Part shown: positions 55,572 through 64,000 of the stretch, one piece after another
Layout: each line of letters starts with the position of its first letter
Position numbering within the stretch: position 1 is the stretch's first letter
Assembly: GCF_006345805.1 (NCBI RefSeq)
Contig: NC_043003.1
Location: 73,160,001 to 73,224,000 of the forward strand
Direction of reading: 5' to 3'
Source of the DNA: Octopus sinensis
Lineage: Eukaryota
Length of the DNA stretch: 64,000 nt
Position numbers and translations under genes: made by a program
Notes under the pieces: model-generated
Told to the model about the DNA's origin: nothing
The model's database searches: none
Seen by the model: the letters and a program-made list of their open reading frames with translations, nothing else

Positions 55572-55760
55572 ACACTTTGGGGAATAGGGTTAGTCGATTA
55601 TATCGAGTCTAGTGCTCAGCTCATATGTATTTTATCGCCCTCGAAAAGACGGGTGGGGTGGGGGTAAATTCGACCATTGCAGAATTTGAAATGTGGACGT
55701 AAAGCCGGAAGATATTCCACCAAACATATTGTCCGGCGTTGTAACGATTCTGACAGCTCA
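55572..55760 (-). mobile_element. Degraded Nin-like SINE
   Basis: 'tagtcgattatatcga', 'ttcgacc..gcagaatttgaa', 'taacgattctg.cagctca'. Confidence 0.65.
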
Positions 55761-55849
55761 CATCAATCATATTTGAAATTATATAAAAGTTTAATTTACA
55801 ACACTGTATAATTCACAACGCTGTTTAATTCACAACACCAGTTTTCTTG

Positions 55850-56134
55850 GTGGTGACGAATGTTGATGAAGTTTGTCAGCGCGTAAGTCGTAATGGTCAT
55901 CAGAAGTCGTGGCGATATGTCAGCGAACTGCATCAGAGTTCTGATGATTCCACCTGAAAAATTATTTCCTGATGTGTTGCCACTATTTTAGTTTTCATTA
56001 CCCGGGATATCTAAACCGAAGAACATCCACCAAGGTCCAACGTCAACAACACTGCCACCGCTGCTGCAATCACCAACAATTACAAGGATCTCTCTGTCTC
56101 TGTCTTTCTGTCCGTCGGATGGTCTGTCTGTCTG

Positions 56135-56195
<61 letters not shown>

Positions 56196-56575
56196 ACGCT
56201 CGCACATAAGTCGTAGTCGTCGTCGGAACCAGTCGCGTCCGAGTTCGGTACAAGCCATGATTCTATGATGCATAAAGCCGACATGGCTCGGACAGCCAAG
56301 TAAGGAATGGAACAGACTCGGGCATTAATCGCATGGCAGCGTGGAGAGTGGTCTTGGCTGGAGTTGCCGGGCCTTGCGATGCCTTTCTTGTTTTTTTACT
56401 TCTTCAGCCTTTCTCGTCTTCCCGAAAGTGGAACAAACGAAATGAATTGTTACCCACCAGGATGGACGGTCGGCGCTTCTGCTTCTCAAGCGTTAAGGCT
56501 GATTCCGGCTTGAAGAAAGGAAGACTTCAGTTGGTCTTTGAATCTGCTCGATGCAGTTTGCCGTTGGCGAGATCT
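55850..56575 (-). mobile_element. L2/Rex1-like APE endonuclease remnant split by (CT)n
   Basis: Minus strand reads INARV..ALCIIESWL (NARS..C.TESWL motif) and ILVIVGD (GDFN-like), with a basic stretch upstream. Confidence 0.45.
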
Positions 56576-57019
56576 GTATGTATGTATGTATGTATGTATG
56601 TATGTATGTATGTATGTATGTATGTATGATGTATGTATGTATGTATATATGTATGTATGTATATGTAAATGTGTATATATTCCATTTAATTAGTCAATGA
56701 ACTAAAGTCCCTGAAAAGGATGTGAGCATCCTAGCTTATACCAGTGTTCAGAGAAAACCGAGTATATTACTTCATCACCGAAATGTATAGGTACTAAAAT
56801 ACATCTTTTTAAATATAAAAAAAATTAAGAAAATGGATAAAAATGAATACAATTCAGTGATTTCGAATATGGAATTTTATTTCTGAAATTTATGAAATGT
56901 GCATGGAAACAGCTGTATGTAGGAATTTCTATGTATGAATTTGAATGCCTTTAAATAAAAACATCTGTGCGTAAATTTTTATCCATTTTTTTCATTTTCT
57001 TATTTTAAAATGTTTATGC

Positions 57020-57059
<40 letters not shown>

Positions 57060-57061
<2 letters not shown>

Positions 57062-57345
57062 AATCTCAGAGCGAGTTATAAACAGTAGCTACAACACATC
57101 GTGACGTATATTTGCCATTTAAATATGGCTAACCCCTAAGGGTGGATGCTACTGTAGTTTGTAGTCCCAGGAGGACACCTCCTCCAGCTGGCTATAGACA
57201 CACTTTCTGTGCCCTATCAGTATTTGCAAAGGGAAGCCTTCCTTCCCGTCTTCAATTTATGATACACACGGACTCGAGTTTCTGGGTATTGATCCGTCAT
57301 CGTCGTGTGACAATCACAGTTGTTGATCACTGTGATTGTCACAAT
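57060..57345 (-). mobile_element. PLE pLTR-like segment between (TA)n tracts with HHR motif and terminal hairpin
   Basis: Reverse complement of 57265-57309: cacacg-ACGATGA-cgg-atcaata-ccc-a-GAAAC-TCGA-GTC-cgtgtg. Perfect 15 bp hairpin at 57306-57343. Confidence 0.65.
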
Positions 57346-57348
57346 ATA

Positions 57349-57393
<45 letters not shown>

Positions 57394-57785
57394 TATGTGT
57401 GTGTGTGTCTGTGTGTATGTATGTATGTAGACGTTATGAACGCAGGAGGTTTTCTGTCTATATAGTGTGAGAATATGGTTGCAAGTATTTTTTATTTTTC
57501 ATCTTTTTTATATCTATTAGAGCAACTTCCCTTTTATTCAACTATTTTTAATAGCGTCTATTGCCACTAATAGCCTATTAAAATGCATCTTAGCTCTTCG
57601 GTCGGGCATATGAAACTTTGAGTACTATAATGACAACTTATTGATTGTCCTAAACTATATATATATACATATATGGCAAATGAAAGACGGAAAATGGAAT
57701 ATACATAGCGATCACTGTGAAAGTGACCGTGTTTAGCAGCAAGCTGTCAGATGGAAACTATTCGTTTTATCACATATATATATGG

Positions 57786-58282
57786 TGAGGAGGCGCAATG
57801 GTCCAGTGGTTAGGGTAGCGGACTCGCAGTTGTAGGATGGCGGTTTCGATTCCCGGACCGGGCATTGTGAGATTTTATTGAGCAAAAACACCTAAAGTCT
57901 CCGGCAGGGGTGGTGGGGAACGCTGCTGTACTCTTTCACCACAACATTCTCCCACTCTTTCTTCCTGTTTCTCTTGTATCTATATTTCAAAGGACCAGCC
58001 TTGTCAAACTCTGTGTCACGCTGAATATCCCCGTGAGCTATGTTAAGGGCACACGTGTCTGTGGAGTGCTCAGCCATTTGCACGTTAATAAATGAGCTGC
58101 GATGTCACTGGTGCCAAGCTGCATCGGCCTTTGCCTTTCCCTTGGATAACATTGGTGACGTGGAGAGGGGAGTCTTGTATGCATGGGCGACTGCTGGTCT
58201 TCCATAAACAATCTTACCCAGACTTGTGCTTCGGAGGATAACTTTCTAGTTGCAATCCCATTGTCATTCATGACCGAAGCGG
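57786..58282 (+). mobile_element. Composite tRNA SINE (gaggcgcaatgg head plus body shared with the 8336 SINE)
   Basis: A/B boxes 'tggtccagtgg' and 'gtttcgattcc'. 58092-58277 matches 8437-8614 plus 8922 onward. Confidence 0.85.
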
Positions 58283-58327
58283 ATCACAACAATATACATG
58301 GTAAATAAGACGGAAGATGGAATGTAG

Positions 58328-58654
<327 letters not shown>

Positions 58655-58804
58655 AGGTAACACATTCTTAGAAATGAATTTCGTTACTTTCCAGCGTCGT
58701 TGTATGAAAACCTGCAAATAAGCATATTTTTACGTTATGCCGTAATGTACGCCTGCAAACGTAATGTACATTTCTATGGTTTGCAGACACTTTTCCTCCT
58801 TCTA

Positions 58805-58810
58805 CAGCTG

Positions 58811-58853
<43 letters not shown>

Positions 58854-58925
58854 CACTGCTGCTGCTGCTGCTACTACTACTACTACTCTTGCTGCTACTG
58901 CTGCTGCCACTACAGCTGCTGCTGT
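58805..58925. repeat. (CTA)n/(CTG)n compound trinucleotide repeat
   Basis: Directly visible. Confidence 0.9.
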
Positions 58926-59452
58926 CACGTATATGTATATATTGCTGTTTGCATGGCAACGTTTCCTTTCTTTTGTAACAAAAAAATCTCAACACAGCAG
59001 AAAAATTCATTAATGCAAAGCTATTAAAATAAAGATTTATTACAACTTTACAGAGTCGGGGTCAATCGATTCTCCGTTTGTTATCATGCATTATACAAGT
59101 TGTTCTAAATTATGAACAAATAAAACATGACACAGCTTTGCTTCAATAAAGTCATTTGTTGAATCAACTATGTTATTTTTAGAGCTTCTATTTTCTGTCG
59201 TATTTCATTTCATGGTCCGACTATATTATCTAAAATATTATTTACAACATTTACAAAATGTCACTGCAGAATCATTGAATCAATTAAATTGATGCCTTTC
59301 AAATCCCGATGGATTTCTATCTCGAACGCTATTTTGACAAGAGGAATTCTATGGTCTTACATAAAGATAGCTCAATAGAATTGGTTGAGGAAAAAATACA
59401 TTTTAGCAATCACAATTTTTACATTCTTTTGCGCTCAAGTTCATATATATAT

Positions 59453-59632
59453 TATCTTTTACTTGTTTCACCATTTTTAACTGCGGCCATGTTGGTTCCT
59501 TTCAGTCTGTGCCTATCAAATGCACTCACTCTACTATAGTAGAAAACATTTACCCAATGTGCCACGCAGTGGGACTAAATCCAGGAACATATGGTGCTGA
59601 AGCAAGGTTCTTCCTACACATTTATGGCTGCG
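59453..59632 (-). mobile_element. Internally deleted tRNA SINE
   Basis: Reverse-complement tail 'ttttacttgtttca..ctgcggccatg' joined to reverse-complement head 'tatagtagaa..gtgccacgcagtgggact'. Confidence 0.7.
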
Positions 59633-59670
59633 TCTCTCTCTCTCTCTCTTTCTCTTTCCCTCTCTCTCTC

Positions 59671-59719
<49 letters not shown>

Positions 59720-59722
<3 letters not shown>

Positions 59723-59877
59723 CTTGACTGTATGGTAAGAAACTTGCTTCCCAACCACATGGCTCCGGGTTCAGTCCCACTGTATGGCACCTTGGGTGAG
59801 TCACTTCTACTATAGCTTCGGGCCGACCAAAGCCTTGTGAATGGATTTGGAAGACGGAAATTGAAAGAAGCTCGTCC

Positions 59878-59915
<38 letters not shown>

Positions 59916-60131
59916 CGTGCGTGTGTGTGTTTGTGTGTGTGTGTGTGTGAGTGCGTGTGCGTGTGTGTATTTGTGTCTATTTTTGTCCCTCCGCCGTTGC
60001 TTGACAGCCGATGCTGGTATGTTTATGTGCTTCCTAACCCAGAATATGTCCTGTGGTCCATTTGTTCGACTAAAACGCGGTGCTCTAGCATGGCCGCAGC
60101 CAAATGACTGAGACAAGTAAAAGAATAAAAT
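59720..60131 (+). mobile_element. tRNA SINE with internal microsatellite and 'agcatggccgcag' tail
   Basis: tggtaagaaacttgcttcccaaccacatggctccgggttcagtcccactg..; same family as 42395-42806. Confidence 0.9.
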
Positions 60132-60214
60132 AATATATATTTAGTTGTAATGCAAAAATATATCAAAGTTTTAATACATTTTCGATATATTTTAAAAGAT
60201 ACATCATTTTAAAT

Positions 60215-60293
60215 TTCTTTCTCTCTCTCTCTCTCTCTCGCTCTCTCGCTCTCTATCTATCTATCTATCTATCTTCTATCTATCTATCTATCT

Positions 60294-60328
<35 letters not shown>

Positions 60329-60367
60329 CTCTCTCTCTCGCTCTCTCGCTCTCTATCTATCTATCTA

Positions 60368-60398
<31 letters not shown>
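60215..60398. repeat. (CT)n/(CTAT)n compound microsatellite
   Basis: Directly visible, with an internal repeated block. Confidence 0.9.
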
Positions 60399-60467
60399 CA
60401 CCGTGATCACCGTGACCGACCAGGCTATCAGATGTTGCTACACATCGCTGGTCACAATGCATATATA

Positions 60468-61741
60468 CGAGGGACGTTCAATATGTAATGCTGTAATGCC
60501 CCTGACCTACTTCCCATAGCAGTAGAGCAACGAAACTTGGCACAGTTATTAGTCGTTTTCTACATAGGAACCACCAAGAGGTACGCATTTCTCCCATCAT
60601 TTGATGCAGCTCTGGAGACCGTTTTTGTAGAAGGCCCCAGCTTGGTCCTCCAACCACGACGTGACTTCAGAAATCAAGGCTGCATCATCTGGGAAATGCT
60701 TTCCTTTCAAAAACAACTTCATGGCTGGAAAGAGGAGAAAATCAGAGGGTGCAAGGTCAGGAGAGTAGGGTGTGGGGGAGGGGTTCATAGCCGCACGCCT
60801 GTGCTTCTGATCTGGCGACACGCGAGTTGTGGACCGGAGCGTTGTCGATGCCTATGCTGATCTTGCCCCGCCTCTTGATTTTGATAGCTTTTCTTAATTT
60901 CCTCAAAAGTGAAGCATAATAGGCTCCTGTAATTGTGGTACCCTTTGCCAGGAAATATGTCATCACTACTCCATCCTGGTCCCAGAAGACTGTGAGCATG
61001 ACCTTGCCAGCGGAGGGCTGCACCTTTGCCTTCTTTAGAGGAGGTGAGTCATGGTGCTTCCACTGCATTGACTGGGCTTTGGTCTCTGGATCATAGTGAT
61101 GGACCCAGGTTTCATCCTGTGTAATCAGTATTTTGAAAAATTTTGACTCATCTTCTTGGCACATCTCCAAATTCATCCTCGAGCACTCGACGCGTTCTTG
61201 CTTCTGGAAAGGTGTGAGCAACCTGGGAATCCATCTAGCAGACACCTTTTGAATATGCAAATGGTCATGAATGATAGTTTCCACAGACCCGATACTAATC
61301 TTGATCTCATGGGCTATTTGGCGAATAGTTATGCGTCGATCTTCCAAAATGGCAGCCTCAACTTGACGGACAGATGCCTCATCAATAGCAGAAGGGGGCG
61401 ACCAGATCTGGGAGCTGTTTCCACAGAGTTCCGACCATGTTTGAATTCACGATGCCAGCGTTTTACAAGGTCATATGATGGGGCATCATCACCATAAGTT
61501 ACTTTCATTTCATGAAAAGTCTCCCGTGGTGTGCGTCCTTTCAAATACAAAAACCGGATCACTGCTCGACACTCATCAGGCTCCATTTCACACTTGACTC
61601 AGTTCAAACACCTGTAAATCAGAAACTACAATTAGTTCAGAGCTGTAATTTGCCCCTTAATCTATAGAGATATGAATAATTGCACAGCTAGATCAAATAA
61701 CTGCAAGTGGGTCAGAGGCATTACTTATTGAACGTCCCTCG
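60468..61741 (-). mobile_element. Full-length mariner (DD34D, irritans/Himar1-like) transposon, 1274 bp, TA TSD
   Basis: TIRs cgagggacgttcaatatgtaatgc / gcattacttattgaacgtccctcg. TA at 60466-60467 and 61742-61743. Confidence 0.95.
60549..61586 (-). pseudogene. Mariner transposase, frameshifted
   Basis: RAVIRFL..PRSGRP, WIPRLLT, ITQDETWVHHYDPETK, DNAPVH, PYSPDLAPSDF. Two frameshifts (~61385, ~60775), a deletion before DNA(PVH) and a premature stop at 60597. Confidence 0.9.
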
Positions 61742-61748
61742 TATATAT

Positions 61749-61814
<66 letters not shown>

Positions 61815-61817
<3 letters not shown>

Positions 61818-62321
61818 ATAAAACGGTAAGATAACAAAAGAAAGAAAGAGACCTCAATATTATGTAAATAGAGGAAATTTATCTATAAAATATGTTACAT
61901 TACTCGGTAGTCAAGATAAAACTCTGAGTTTCAGATGCCGAAGTGGAAATCCACAACACCATCTCTTCGGTTATCTGGCTATTTGAAAACGTTATGAAAA
62001 AATACCGTTAAAAATGAAGGGAAATTACTCTGTTATAACTCTATAATTTTTATGACGAAAAATGCGAGCGATGTATAAGTACGCAGGCAAAGCAGAGTTA
62101 TAACAGAGTAATTTCCCTTCATTTTTAACGGTATTTTTTCATAACGTTTTCAAATAGCCAGATAACCGATGAGATGGTGTTGTGGATTTCCACTTCAGCA
62201 TCTGAAACTCAGAGTTTTATCTTGACTACCGAGTAATGTAACATATTGTATAGATAAATTTCCTCTATTTACATAATATTGAGGTCTCTTTCTTTCTTTT
62301 GTTATCTTACCGTTTTATCAA
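61815..62321. mobile_element. Young foldback element: 228 bp near-perfect inverted arms, 51 bp spacer, HHR-like motif in each arm, inserted in (TA)n
   Basis: 61815-62042 is the reverse complement of 62094-62321 with 3 mismatches seen by eye. Confidence 0.9.
62160..62222 (+). ncRNA. Variant hammerhead ribozyme motif (CCGAUGA core)
   Basis: agataa-CCGATGA-gatg...catc-t-GAAAC-tcaga-GTT-ttatct. The mirror copy on the minus strand at ~61914-61976 has CCGAAGA. Confidence 0.55.
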
Positions 62322-62649
62322 TATATATATATATATATATCTTTAGGTGTGTGTGTGTGTTTGTAAATGTGCTTTTTTGTGAATGTACGAGTGTATGTAT
62401 ATGTGCCAGTCTCACCACTGACAAGTGTAATGTTGGTGAGAATCAATGAATCATAGTAGTTCTGCAAGCGGAGACCTCGGGATTATATAGCAGAAAATAT
62501 GCTGGAGTCGTTTCGAGGGATTATACACTTCGAGGAAGCTCTTACAATCTAATGACTGAAAGGACTAAAGAATTTAAGATTCGAATGGATGTGTGTGTTG
62601 TGTATATACATACATACATATATACATACACACACACGCATACATATAT

Positions 62650-63160
62650 TTATTTATATATGAAGCAAGAGATGTCTGTCTGTGTATGGTCGTTATACAT
62701 TTCCACATTTTTCAACCGATTTCGCTCAAACTTGACACACGGATGGCTTGTGCTCCGAGGGTGGTCATGATCTACTTTAAATTTTTAAACCCCAACCTTG
62801 TATAAAACCGCGAATAACTGTTCAAAATATATGTTTTTTGCCCACAACTTGGTTAATTCGAGCGATTTCCTCCAAATTTGACGCGTACATTTCTCATGAC
62901 ATTATTTTGCTTAAAAGTTTTGTGCTAATTGTGAAAAATTCGAGAATATCTGCGTAAAAATTCTTTTTTGCCAATAACTTCCGCAGTTTCCAACCGATCC
63001 GTCCCAAATTTGGCAAAAATATTACCCATGTTTAAATGACTTTTAAACTAATATTTCATCACGTTTATTCGCATTAAAGTTGCAATTTACTGGAATAAAA
63101 TTGTTTTTTTGCTCACAACTCCTGCTGTTTACTCACACGCCAAGAATTGTAGGGCAGTTT
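62650..63160 (+). mobile_element. Degraded non-autonomous Helitron-like element with internal repeats
   Basis: 5' part 'tgtctgtctgtg..ttcaaccgatt..aaacttgacacac' matches the 39837 Helitron. Three 'tttttgc...aact' units at ~62835, ~62965 and ~63106. Confidence 0.6.
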
Positions 63161-63439
63161 TTGATCGCTGATTTGATTTGTGTACCCCCACTCTACTATC
63201 GCCTATGGTCATGATGCATCCTCACTTCAGCACAAATTTTCTTTAATTACCTTTCGTTCTTGGTGTGATAACACAGAGTGAGTTGCGAGCATGACCTTCG
63301 TCACCACCTATTATCGCCTACGGCCATGATGCCTCACCACCTCAGCCTCTTATTTGGTGTGAATGACTGCTTTTACCACGTCCTTAGTGTTTATTCAGTT
63401 CCCCCCCTCATCCCCATTATCGCCGATGATCATAATGTC

Positions 63440-64000
63440 GCCTTTTCCTCATCATTTTATTTAATAACATTATGTCAATGGTCTGCCAATAAAGAATGAA
63501 CTGCGAACTTAACCTTGGATTTTTGCGCGTGAACGCTATTGATTGTCCTCTGTGATGAGCCCGTCCAATTAATTCTTTGACTGAATTTCATTGGTGTAAC
63601 ACTGTCAAATCGTAATTATTGATGCGCTTTTGTGCATATCTGATACGTTCTTTGCCTTACAGTTTAGGCCTACCATTTGACGTACATTATTGCTTTAACT
63701 TCATACTTTCTATTGAGAATTTTCGTTCTTCCCATATTCAATTAAGTTAACTCCTTCATACTGTTGCCGCCTACCAGTTTTTAACTTACGTGCCGTTAAA
63801 ATATATTGTCTTTAGTGTATTTGTGTCTACATAGCTACCTGGCTATCTTTGAATAATATGTTTAGTAGGTTCTTTTTTTATACATTGTACCAAATTTGTT
63901 TTTTAGTGTCCCCTTTTGCTCGTTTTTAAAATCTCGCAATTTAAACATAGTCCACGATGCAATCTAAGATAAGAACTGCCTTGGTCGTAAAACAGAGTCT
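63440..64000 (-). mobile_element. Degraded RLE-type non-LTR remnant, possibly HERO-like
   Basis: Minus strand shows KERIRYAQKRI..KELIGRAHHRGQ, resembling the HERO/NeSL post-RT segment (D..IR.A...KEIIG..Q.GR.G). Weak. Confidence 0.3.

Noticed and set aside
58805-58925. Poly-Ser/Ala/Val coding repeat
   Set aside because: It is a compound trinucleotide microsatellite without splice or coding context.
60549-61586. Domesticated SETMAR-like gene
   Set aside because: It has TIRs, a TA TSD, frameshifts and a premature stop, and no SET domain.

Overview
This is AT-rich, microsatellite-dense eukaryotic DNA with no recognisable host protein-coding gene. The SINE families and repeat landscape suggest a cephalopod, probably Octopus (inference), and the window looks intronic or intergenic. 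Almost all ORF-track entries are microsatellite translations or transposon remnants. Retroelements include degraded R4/Dong-, Tx1/L1-, L2/CR1-, RTE- and HERO-like LINEs, several Penelope-like elements (PLEs) and many tRNA-derived SINEs. DNA transposons include a full-length but frameshifted mariner (60468-61741), a deleted Tc1/mariner nested in an RTE, a hAT (hATm-like) element with long TIRs, and non-autonomous Helitrons. Two signals stand out. First, a set of non-coding foldback elements sits in or beside (TA)n tracts, and their arms carry minimal hammerhead-ribozyme (HHR) motifs with palindromic stem III; the best example is 61815-62321, and an HHR with an intact core lies at 45346-45389. 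Second, a full-length 5S rRNA copy is fused to the 3' tail used by local tRNA-SINEs (19875-20068), a candidate SINE3. Boundaries of old elements are approximate and all family assignments come from motif recognition by eye, not database searches.
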